NCBI GenBank assembly: GCA_032128115.1
Contig: JAQBHB010000040.1
Span: forward strand, 32,001-96,000
DNA: 64,000 bases
From: Deltaproteobacteria bacterium
GTDB lineage: Bacteria > Myxococcota_A > UBA9160 > SMWR01
Direction: 5' to 3'
Shown: positions 50,946 to 59,530 of the stretch, one piece after another
How the letters are laid out: each line of letters starts with the position of its first letter
Numbering within the stretch: position 1 is the first letter of the stretch
Position numbers and translations under genes: made by a program
The notes under the pieces: generated by a model
The model's input: the letters and a program-made list of their open reading frames with translations, nothing else
Told to the model about the DNA's origin: nothing
The model's database searches: none

Positions 50946-51413
50946 TTAGCGGCCCGACGGACCCGGAGCCGTGCCGACCAGGCTCTGGAAGATCACGTGG
51001 CCCTTCATCGTGATCGACCCGCTGTTATCGAGGTCCACGAGGGCCCTGTACCCCTGCTCGCCGACCCGCGAGAAGAGCGGTACCTGCTCCAGGAAGCCCC
51101 GATCCGCAACGCCGACAGCGCCGTCGTTGTTGAAGTCGGCGTTACAGACGTTTCCGTAGCCGTCACGGTCCGTGTCGTTCTGCGACGGGTTCGGGATCTC
51201 GGTGCAGTTGTCGTAGTTGTCACACACGCTGTCGCCATCGCTGTCCTCCTCCCGGCTGCAACCAACGGTCGTCGTCACGCTCACGAAGTGGCCGTCCATC
51301 TCGGCGATGGATTGGATAGTCGTTCCTTCGATCTCGCCATCCTCGGCACTCGCCGAGCCAGCCAACAGGACCGCTGCCAGAATCCCTACCATGGTCACGA
51401 TTGCCTTACTCAT
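50946..51413 (-). CDS. Small secreted protein with a TSP3 repeat and dockerin/EF-hand-like domain
   Basis: Signal peptide ending ASA; DSDGDSVCDNYDNC..NPSQ.DTDRDGYGNVCNADFNNDG; DLDNSG; terminal PGPSG. Confidence 0.75.
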   Translation of the reverse strand: MSKAIVTMVGILAAVLLAGSASAEDGEIEGTTIQSIAEMDGHFVSVTTTVGCSREEDSDGDSVCDNYDNCTEIPNPSQNDTDRDGYGNVCNADFNNDGAVGVADRGFLEQVPLFSRVGEQGYRALVDLDNSGSITMKGHVIFQSLVGTAPGPSGR

Positions 51414-51774
51414 CACGTTCTCCCTCTTTGTGTTTGCCCCAGCGGGGCGATTGGTTTTCGTGATGACTCGGGCATCGCGTTCGGATCGGATCACCGGGGG
51501 TCGGCAAGCGCATTTCGGGAGTGAGCCAGACCACGCCTCGGCGTGGACTCGTGAGCTGCTCCGGGCCCCGTGTGCGGCCTGATCCCCTCATTCCGTGTAG
51601 GAGCCAGAGAGAGCCGGGAGCCGGTGTAGCCCCAGGGTCGCTCCCCGCGAGGCAGGAACCGTGGTGAATCGCCTGAACCTCGCGCGGCCGAGCATGGCTA
51701 CCATCCGGAAATCCAGGAATCCTCGCGCACAGAGGCATGGAGAACGCGGCACCACGACCCGACGGGAGGACCTT

Positions 51775-52263
51775 GTGATTGAACGGCGAATCCGGCTGCT
51801 GGCGGGCATGCCCGTCTTCGGTGGAGTGACGAAGGAAGTCCTGGCGATGCTGCTGGAGCGCATGAAAGCGGTCACCGTCTCGAAGGGTGAACTCTTCTTC
51901 GAACAGGGTGAGCACGGCGCCTCGGCGTTCGTTTTGGAGAAGGGACGCGTATCGATTCTCAAGACCTGGAACGAAGAGACCTACTTCCTGCGCCATCTCG
52001 AGGCAGGCGACTGTTTCGGCGAGGTCGCGCTCATGGATTTCTGCCCGCGCAGCGCATCCGTTCGAGCCGACGAGAGCTGCGAAGCTCTCGAGCTCTCGAC
52101 CAAGGACCTGCACCGCGTCGCCAGCAAGAGCCTCGAACAATTCGCGATGATCTACATGAACATCGGGCGCGAGCTCAGCCGACGACTCCGCGCGGCCGAT
52201 GAGCGAGCGTTTCAGGCTCGGGTCCAGGTCGGCGAAATCGAGACCACCCTCCACAGCCTCTAG
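51775..52263 (+). CDS. Stand-alone cyclic nucleotide-binding domain protein
   Basis: FEQGEHG..G.V.I, GDCFGEVALMD..PRSASVRA; GGAGG before GTG. Confidence 0.88.
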   Translation: MIERRIRLLAGMPVFGGVTKEVLAMLLERMKAVTVSKGELFFEQGEHGASAFVLEKGRVSILKTWNEETYFLRHLEAGDCFGEVALMDFCPRSASVRADESCEALELSTKDLHRVASKSLEQFAMIYMNIGRELSRRLRAADERAFQARVQVGEIETTLHSL

Positions 52264-52398
52264 ACCGCGCGCGCAAGGGTGGGCCGAGAACCGCGCACGT
52301 CGAGCATGGGAGATCGAAGCGGGGTTTCTGGCAGGCCCGACAAGTAGCGATTCTCGTGAGACCGAATGAAGGGACCAGGGCCGGGCTGAGCCTTGGGG

Positions 52399-55300
52399 CT
52401 ACTGAGCCCTGCGTCTTCGGCAGCGGCGCAGCCAAAGGAACGGTGGCAGGAGCAGGGCCAGCTCGTATCCGAGGCCGCCGCGCAGGCCGGCCGACGCCAC
52501 GTTGGGGGCGTTGCACCCGAGGCCCACCCACAGGTCCTCGAGGCGCTGCGCCAGCTCTGGCGCTGCCGGCCCCGCCGCAAAGTCCGGAGGCGGGGAGTCC
52601 CCATCCGTCCGCTCCAGGGCGGAGCGGAGCGGGCCGCAGCCCGGGGCGCCGCTCGCGATGGCGGCACCCGCGGCCTCGATCTTGTTGCGCAGGGCGCCCA
52701 GCCGGCCCTTCGCCGACTTGCCCGGACCGTTTCCGACCAGTGATCCGTCCGCGACCGAGGCGTCGAAGAACGCCAGGATCTGGCTGATGGTCGTCTGGCA
52801 GGAGGCCTCGCACCCATCGCCATCGACAGCGTTCCCGTCGTCGCACGCCTCGGAGAACTCGCGCACGCCGTTGCCGCAGGTCATGAGGTCGCACGCGTCG
52901 CCGGCGCCGTCCTCGTCGAGGTCGGCCTGGTCCGCGTTGGGCCGCTGGAGGCAATTGTCGAAGGGGTCGGCCACGCCATCGCCGTCCGAGTCGGCGGCGC
53001 CCGCAATGACGAGGTCCATGCGGTCCGCCTGGCAGGTGCCGGACTCGGCGCAGAACTCCCCGGCATTGCACTCGGTGTCACTCGCGCAGGCGGAGCCCGT
53101 TCGATCCGAGATCGCGGCGGCGCTCAGGAACACCTGCCGGCCGTCGGTCTGGGTGGATAGGGGCCCGAACAACGTCACGAGGTCCTGGGCGGCATCCTGG
53201 CAGACCACCGGTGCGGTGCAGTTCGCGTCGCTCGTACACGGGCCCCGATCCACGTGGCAAGTGCCCTTGCCCGGAGAGCCGAGGATCGGGACGCAGAACT
53301 CGTCGGCGTCGCAGTTGGGCCCCAGGTTCGGATCTGGATCGCAGGCGGTTCCGAGATCCTCGATGCAGCCACCGGGCGGGACGAAGCAGCTTCCCCCCGG
53401 ACAGTCCGCATCGCTCGCGCACGCCTCGGCCGTGTCCGTGCAGATGCCCGCGCTCACCGCCGCCAGGGCCGTCACGCATCCGCCGGCCGGCTCCGGGGAG
53501 AGCGTGGCCCGGGCCGCGAACGCCGCGGTTCCTGCTCCCGCGGGACTCCCACCGCCCGCGAGCTGCGCTGCCTCCCGGACGTTGAAGGTCTGGAGCACGA
53601 CGCCATTCGCGTCGCCGTTGCCATCGAGATCCTGCCCTCCCTGGTCGGCTTCGAGCGTCAGGAAGGTCACCGTGTCGCCGGAAACCCGGTACGGGACCCG
53701 GGGATCGCAGGCTTCCAGGCGACAGGGGATCGCCGCCTGCTCGCTGTTGAAGATCTGGCCCGAGACGAGGTCGTAGACGTGCAAGACGTCGTCGTCGACG
53801 TCTTCGTCGGCACCTGGGTTCAGGGAGCCGTCCGTCTCGGCGACGCGGAAGGCGACCATCCGCTCGCTCAGCACGAACTCCGTCGCTACCAGGCCCACGT
53901 CGATGGGGGAATCGTCCACTGCCACATCGAAGACATGCAGCCGTCCGCTTGCCTCGGCCAGGAAGGCCACCACGGAGCCCGCCACGTCGAGGTCGCTGGC
54001 TGCGGGAAGCAGCGGGGTCCATCCCGGTGAGCCCGCCGTCCAGTTGTAGATCTCGACGAAAGTCTCCTCTTCGGAGCCCGAAGGCACGAGGGCGGCGATC
54101 AGCTCGTTCGACATCGCGATCGCGGTGGCTTCCTTGTCAAGCGATTCGGCGGCGGCCCCGTTCACGGACAGGTGGACAAACTTGTCGCTCGTGTCCCCGT
54201 CCCCGTTTCGGTCGGGCATATTGCGAAAAGCCGCTTCCGGCAGCAGGAAGGCCGCGGACCCAGCCGCAATCGCCACCTCTTCCGCCGGACCGAGGGTCGT
54301 GGGTTCTGTCAACGCCGCCGTCGAATCGAAGACCTGCAACACGATGTCGTCTAGGTCCTCGTCGTCCGTGAGGTCCGCAGAGGAGTCGAGAAAAGCAGCG
54401 CCTCGCACGAAGACGTCACTTCCCTGGTTCGTATCGCCCGGCACGAGGTTGCTGGTGGTCGAGCTGAAAGCCACGGCGCTGCCGTCCGCCGAGAGCGCGA
54501 CGCCGCCGGAGCCGCCGTCTTCTCCCTGGCTCCCGTCCGAGGCGACGCTCACTCGCTTCGTCACCCCCGTGAGCCGGTCGTGTACGAAGACGTCAGCCCC
54601 GGATAAGGGAGCGTTCGTATCGCCCGGCACGAGGTTGGTGGCGCCCGAGCTGAAAGCCACGAAGCGGCTGTCCGCCGAGAGCGCGACGCCGCCGGAGACG
54701 CCCCCGAAGCAGCAGTCTGCTTCGCTCCCGTCCGAGGCTACGCTCACCCGCTCCGTCTCCCCTGTGAGCCGGTCGTGCACGAAGACGTCTCCTCGACCGT
54801 TCGTATCGCCCGGTACGAGGTTGCTGGCATCCGACCCGAACGCCACGATGCGGCCGTCCGCCGAGAGCGCGGGTTTGAACGAGAACTCGTTGCCTTCGCT
54901 CCCGTCCGAGGCGACGCTCACCCGCTCCGTCATTCCTGTGAGCCGGTCGTGAACGAAGATGTCACCTTGATTGTTCGTATCGCTCGGCACGAGGTTGCTG
55001 GCGAGCGAAAAGAACGCCACGACGCGGCCGTCCGCCGAGAGCGCAGGGAATACGAAGACCGAGTCGTCATTTGCCTGGCTCCCGTCCGATGCGACGCTCA
55101 CTCGCTCCGTCGCCCCTGTGAGCCGGTCGTGGACGAAGACGTCAGATTCATCGTTCGTATCGTCCGGCACGAGGTTGCTGGCGATCGACCAGAACGCCAC
55201 AACGCGGCCGTCCGCCGAGAGCGCTGGATCAGATGGAAACAACGTATTTCCCGGGCTCCCGTCCGAGGCGACGCTCACCAGCTCCGTCGCCCCTGTGAGC

Positions 55301-57765
55301 CGATCGTGAACGAAGACTCCTCCGAGACTCGTGCCGTCCACGAGGTTGAAGGACCTCGAAAAGAACGCTACGGCGCGGCCGTCCGCCGAGAGCCCGGAGC
55401 GTTCCGCGAACGAGAACGTCTCATCCGGGCTCCCGTCCGAGGCGAGGCTGACCCGGTCCGTCACCCCTGTGAGTCGGTCGTGGACGAAGACGTCACTTGC
55501 CCCGTTTGTATCGTTTGGCACGAGGTTGCTGGTGTCCGAATCGAACGCCACGACGCGGCCGTCCGCCGAGAGCGCGCGAGGGCCCGAGGAAGAGCCGGCA
55601 AATAGAAAGTCCCCTTCTGCCTGGCTCCCGTCCGAGGTGACGCTCACCCGCTCGGTCACCTCCAGCGCGCTTCTCCACTCCGGCGTGCGGAAGTAGACAA
55701 GCCCCTCGGAGATCGCCACGCTCCGAGCGTTCACGAGCGGCGCAGCGTCCACCGCCAGCGGACGCTGCAGCTGCCCCGTAAGCTCCTCGGCGCACGCCAC
55801 GCCGCCCCCGCAGTCCACCCGCAGCTGGTAGACCCGCAGAATCGGATCGAAGACGCTGCCGTTGCCATTCGCGTCCTGCGAGAACTGCAGCGGCTCGGAC
55901 TCTAGGAAGGCCACCACATCATCCTCGACGGCGACCGCCGGGAAGCTGAACGGCGCCTGCAGGATGCGCGTCGCGGCGCGACCCGGAAACTCAGCTCCCC
56001 CGACCATTTCCCCGATTGACTGGATCACACCCGTCTCGCGGTCGCGCAGCACCAGGACGGCGTCCGTCGTATCGCCATCGCCGTTGAGATCCTCCGGCTG
56101 CGGTCCGCCGATCCCATCCTCATTGCTCCCGGCGATCTGCTCCAGCTGCACGAACGCGAACATCGATTCCGTCTCGATCAGGCCCTCGATCGGCACCGGA
56201 TTCTCGGCATCGAAGACCAGCGTGTGCTCGGTCTCCACAATCACTACCGGGCCCACGTCCGCTGTGAGTCGGTCCGCGAAGTCGAAGAGCGCCGGGCCGC
56301 ACTCGGCCCCCGCCCCGCAAGCCGCGTCGCTCGTGCAGGCGAGCCCGGTGTCGGCTCCCGTCGCGGCATCACGGCAGGTGGTCGCCCCGCACGTGCTATC
56401 CGGACAGTCGCCGTCCTCCGCGCAGGGGAATCCCGCGTTCTCGCCCCCCGTGCACTCGCCGAAGACCGGAGCCGGACCCGTGAGATCCGGCTGGCGGCGC
56501 GCGATCCGCATCACCCCGATCGGCGCGTCCACCGAGCCGAAGAGCGAAATCGCATCCGGGGCATCCGGGTCCGCGATCGGTTCAAAGATCGGCGGCAGCC
56601 GCTGGCCGCCCATCGAGTAGGCGGCCAGGAACGAGTCCCCGGGCAGCTTCACCGCGTCGACGCAGGTCCCCTCCGGTGCGCACTCGGCATCGCTCGCGCA
56701 GGCGGCGCCGGGCGTGGCCCCGCCGAAGCAGCGCGGGCCCGACGCGAAGGCCGGGAAGTCGGTGTTGCCGGTCACCAGCCGCGGCACGGGGATGCCGTCG
56801 GGCCGCAGCAGCACGCCCCGCCAGTCCATCGGCACCAGGACGTTGCCGGCCCGGTCCACCGTGAAGCGCAGCTCCGAGGCCGCCCCCGTGCACTCGGTCT
56901 GCTTCGTGGTGCACAGCGCCTGGAAGTCGTTGGCCGGCGGCAGCGCCGTCAGGTGCCCGAAGATGGGATCGATGTGCGCGGGGGCCGTCTCGCAGGTGCC
57001 GTCCTGCGCGAAGAGCTCATCGACGCAGGCGACCAGGCCCGGGGTGTCGGCACAACGGGCCGAGGCCAGGGCGAAGGGCAGCTCGGCCGTCACGAGCGTC
57101 ACTGCGATGGCCACCGGGCCCGTGAACGTGCGGTCATCGTCTACGGCGCCGATGCGCGCGTCCGTGTCCGGGAAGCGAAAGACGAGTGTTTGCGCGTCGC
57201 GGATCTCCAGCTCCTGGGTCCTGGGTTCCACCACCTCGCATCTGGCGGTCCCGTCGCCCGGCAGCGGCCCCGCGCTCACAAGCCGCGCCTTACATACGGT
57301 CTCGTTCGGCCCGGTCGTGAGCACCACCGCATTGCGTGGACCGCCCTGGGGAGGCTTGAAGAGCACCGTCACGAAGTAGCCGTCTTCCGGGTCGATCCCA
57401 CCGGGAAGGTCCGCGAAGCCCGGCGAAGCGGCGTGGCACCCGTCGGTGTCCAGAGCCAGCGTGATCTGCTGGCCCACGTCCCCAGGAAGTGTGTAGGGGC
57501 GGTTCAGTGTGCCCAGCGCCCCCCGGAACTCCTTCGTAGTCCCGGGGATCACGTCGCACTGGGCCAGGGCGTCCTGGCCGGAGGGGGACGGGAGCACCAG
57601 TTGGAGCACAGACAGCGACAACAGAGTCGCGGTCCAGCGCGCCCACGGCTTGCGGCGCAGATCGCACCGGCCCGGGTGGTGCACACCATCCATGCAAGGC
57701 TCCCAGTCGGGTGCTGAGGTCCTAAGGGGGAGTCGCGCGAGAGAGCGGAATTGGATCATGGGCAC
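52399..57765 (-). CDS. Giant secreted multidomain protein B (paralog of A) with a myxobacterial Cys-rich repeat and a C-terminal membrane anchor/sorting signal
   Basis: Colinear with A up to GDACDL; then CGNGVRE..EACDDGN..DGDGC...C and GGLGYELALLLPPFLWLRRCRRRR. Confidence 0.88.
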   Translation of the reverse strand: MPMIQFRSLARLPLRTSAPDWEPCMDGVHHPGRCDLRRKPWARWTATLLSLSVLQLVLPSPSGQDALAQCDVIPGTTKEFRGALGTLNRPYTLPGDVGQQITLALDTDGCHAASPGFADLPGGIDPEDGYFVTVLFKPPQGGPRNAVVLTTGPNETVCKARLVSAGPLPGDGTARCEVVEPRTQELEIRDAQTLVFRFPDTDARIGAVDDDRTFTGPVAIAVTLVTAELPFALASARCADTPGLVACVDELFAQDGTCETAPAHIDPIFGHLTALPPANDFQALCTTKQTECTGAASELRFTVDRAGNVLVPMDWRGVLLRPDGIPVPRLVTGNTDFPAFASGPRCFGGATPGAACASDAECAPEGTCVDAVKLPGDSFLAAYSMGGQRLPPIFEPIADPDAPDAISLFGSVDAPIGVMRIARRQPDLTGPAPVFGECTGGENAGFPCAEDGDCPDSTCGATTCRDAATGADTGLACTSDAACGAGAECGPALFDFADRLTADVGPVVIVETEHTLVFDAENPVPIEGLIETESMFAFVQLEQIAGSNEDGIGGPQPEDLNGDGDTTDAVLVLRDRETGVIQSIGEMVGGAEFPGRAATRILQAPFSFPAVAVEDDVVAFLESEPLQFSQDANGNGSVFDPILRVYQLRVDCGGGVACAEELTGQLQRPLAVDAAPLVNARSVAISEGLVYFRTPEWRSALEVTERVSVTSDGSQAEGDFLFAGSSSGPRALSADGRVVAFDSDTSNLVPNDTNGASDVFVHDRLTGVTDRVSLASDGSPDETFSFAERSGLSADGRAVAFFSRSFNLVDGTSLGGVFVHDRLTGATELVSVASDGSPGNTLFPSDPALSADGRVVAFWSIASNLVPDDTNDESDVFVHDRLTGATERVSVASDGSQANDDSVFVFPALSADGRVVAFFSLASNLVPSDTNNQGDIFVHDRLTGMTERVSVASDGSEGNEFSFKPALSADGRIVAFGSDASNLVPGDTNGRGDVFVHDRLTGETERVSVASDGSEADCCFGGVSGGVALSADSRFVAFSSGATNLVPGDTNAPLSGADVFVHDRLTGVTKRVSVASDGSQGEDGGSGGVALSADGSAVAFSSTTSNLVPGDTNQGSDVFVRGAAFLDSSADLTDDEDLDDIVLQVFDSTAALTEPTTLGPAEEVAIAAGSAAFLLPEAAFRNMPDRNGDGDTSDKFVHLSVNGAAAESLDKEATAIAMSNELIAALVPSGSEEETFVEIYNWTAGSPGWTPLLPAASDLDVAGSVVAFLAEASGRLHVFDVAVDDSPIDVGLVATEFVLSERMVAFRVAETDGSLNPGADEDVDDDVLHVYDLVSGQIFNSEQAAIPCRLEACDPRVPYRVSGDTVTFLTLEADQGGQDLDGNGDANGVVLQTFNVREAAQLAGGGSPAGAGTAAFAARATLSPEPAGGCVTALAAVSAGICTDTAEACASDADCPGGSCFVPPGGCIEDLGTACDPDPNLGPNCDADEFCVPILGSPGKGTCHVDRGPCTSDANCTAPVVCQDAAQDLVTLFGPLSTQTDGRQVFLSAAAISDRTGSACASDTECNAGEFCAESGTCQADRMDLVIAGAADSDGDGVADPFDNCLQRPNADQADLDEDGAGDACDLMTCGNGVREFSEACDDGNAVDGDGCEASCQTTISQILAFFDASVADGSLVGNGPGKSAKGRLGALRNKIEAAGAAIASGAPGCGPLRSALERTDGDSPPPDFAAGPAAPELAQRLEDLWVGLGCNAPNVASAGLRGGLGYELALLLPPFLWLRRCRRRRAQ

Positions 57766-57774
57766 CGCGAGCCA

Positions 57775-58153
57775 TTCTACTCACCCAACACACGAATCTG
57801 GAGCTGAAGCGCCATCTTCGCGCTTTGGCCGTCGACACGTGTGAGCGTTGCCGCCCCGAGGGGAAGCGGGGGGCCCGTCGGGCGGATCGCCCAGAGACCC
57901 GGGACCCCAGTCAGGCCACTCTTGACGCGATGGCCCAGTGTGTCCGGAGGCCACCCGTCTGCTTTCCGATTTCCTGCCCCTTTGATTTTTCGCCGAATCC
58001 GCCCCAGGAGTCCCGCGCCCCCAGGGGGGGTGCGCCCAGCGGTGCGCCTGGAGGCGACGGATAGCGATGGGCGACGGTGTGGGTGCAGCCTGATGCCGCT
58101 CCTTGCAGCCTCCTGCAAGGCAGGAGCTGCAAGTACCCGGCTTCGTTCATCCC
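57775..58153 (-). promoter_or_regulatory. Conserved hairpin-rich upstream region of gene B
   Basis: Homologous to 49650-49937, with an extra internal segment around 57905-58020. Confidence 0.55.
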
Positions 58154-59489
58154 CACCAACTGGATTTGAATCCAGTTCGCCCCCCGCTTCCTCGCCGGGG
58201 AACTCGGGATTTTCCCGAAAAATCGTACCGGGGGTCTTGACAGGATCCGGCGTCAGATTGCGACGTGTTCGCAGTTGGCGCAATGGAAGTCGTTCTGGCG
58301 CGCGCGGTTCGCGCGTGAGCAGATCTCTAGCGGATCAGTGCTTTCGAGCGATCGCACGAAGAAACTGCGTTCCCTGTTCGATTCCGGAGGCGATGCAAGG
58401 CGGTGCTAGACTCGGTTTCGATGACCTCACCCCATCGGTCCCGATGAGGTCGTTCCGTGACATCTCCGCTCGCGAGCCTTCCCGACGATCAGCTCCTGTC
58501 TCGTCTGCATACCCTGGTCCGTCGCGGCAACGCCGTGGAGGCCGAGCTGCTCGGGCATCTCGGCGAGGTGGACACGCGCCGTCTCTACCTGGGCGAGGGG
58601 TGCTCGTCGATGTTTGCGTATTGCGTCCGGGTGCTGCACTTCGCGGAATCGGCCGCCTACAAGCGGATCGCCGCGGCCCGCGCGGCGCGGCGGCACCCCG
58701 CGATCCTGGAGGCCGTGCGATGTGGGGATCTGCACGTGACGGGCGTGAGCCTGCTGGCTCCACAGCTCGATTCCGACAATGCCGATGACTGGATCGCTGT
58801 CGCCCGGCATCAGACGGCGGACGCGATCCGGCGGCTGCTGGCCGACCGGCAGCCCAAGCCCGATGTTCCGACCTCAGTGCGTCGGGTGCCCACGAAAGAG
58901 CCCGAGAATGCGAGCGGTGCGGAGCACAGGCGAACGGCTCCTGTTCCCTCGACATCCGCTTGCGAACCGAGAACCGAGCGAGCCCGCACGGAGCCGCTGG
59001 GTGGCGAGCGCTACTGCGTGCGTTTCACCGCCGACGCGGCACTGCACGCACAGATCGACGAGCTCCGGGCGCTGATGCGTCACCAGATCCCGGACGGCGA
59101 CGTGGGCAAGATCCTGGCGCGGGCCGTGACGGTCCTGCTCGAGCAGGTGCGAAAGCGCAAGCTCGGACAGACCGACAAGCCGAGGCCCGCGAAGCCCGCG
59201 GGCGAGCGGCCGTCACGACATGTTCCCGCCCGCCTGCGAAGGGCGGTCTCGAGACGTGACGGAGCGCGTTGCACCTACGTATCCCCGGGCGGCCGCCGGT
59301 GCGAGGCTCGCGAGTTCCTGGAGTTCCACCACGTGGACCCCTGGGCTTGCTCCCGGGTTCATGCGATGGAGAACCTGACGCTGCGCTGCCGCGCGCACAA
59401 CCAGTACGCTGCGACTCGTGATTTCGGCGAGCGGCACATGGCTCGCTTTCGTGTACGCGAACTGGATTCAAATCCAGTTCGGAGCGGGG
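58154..59489. mobile_element. Candidate HNH-nuclease element with palindromic inverted ends
   Basis: 23-bp perfect inverted repeat (58158-58180 / 59457-59479); flanking 11-bp direct repeat TCGTTCATCCC (58143-53, 59490-500). Confidence 0.5.
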
Positions 59490-59530
59490 TCGTTCATCCC
59501 GGCGTTGCAGGGGGAGACCTACCGCGGTAG
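58457..59530 (+). CDS. HNH endonuclease domain protein with a DUF222-like helical N-terminus
   Basis: RHVPARLRRAV..RDGARC..C....LEFHH..P.........NL.LRCRAHN; N-terminal ELLGHLGEVDTRRLYL..GCSSMFAYC. Confidence 0.88.
   Translation: MTSPLASLPDDQLLSRLHTLVRRGNAVEAELLGHLGEVDTRRLYLGEGCSSMFAYCVRVLHFAESAAYKRIAAARAARRHPAILEAVRCGDLHVTGVSLLAPQLDSDNADDWIAVARHQTADAIRRLLADRQPKPDVPTSVRRVPTKEPENASGAEHRRTAPVPSTSACEPRTERARTEPLGGERYCVRFTADAALHAQIDELRALMRHQIPDGDVGKILARAVTVLLEQVRKRKLGQTDKPRPAKPAGERPSRHVPARLRRAVSRRDGARCTYVSPGGRRCEAREFLEFHHVDPWACSRVHAMENLTLRCRAHNQYAATRDFGERHMARFRVRELDSNPVRSGVVHPGVAGGDLPR

Noticed and set aside
46410..55660. Regular DNA repeats (GAGCCGGTCGTGCACGAAGA..., CTCCCGTCCGAGGCGACGCTCACCCG) as a CRISPR array or DGR
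   Set aside because: They are in-frame propeller blade repeats inside long ORFs; no cas or reverse transcriptase gene is present.
57935..57990. c-di-GMP-I riboswitch-like words on the minus strand (GAAA..GACG..GCCTCCGG)
   Set aside because: The GGCAAAC and GCAAAG core and the required stems could not be built; this needs an Infernal scan.
58237..58270. TTGACA -35 box upstream of the HNH gene
   Set aside because: No credible -10 at proper spacing; the same applies to the minus-strand TTGACA at 33306-33311.
58457..59530. HNH protein as IscB/Cas9-like or a restriction enzyme
   Set aside because: No RuvC motifs, PLMP start, CRISPR array or methylase gene is seen.
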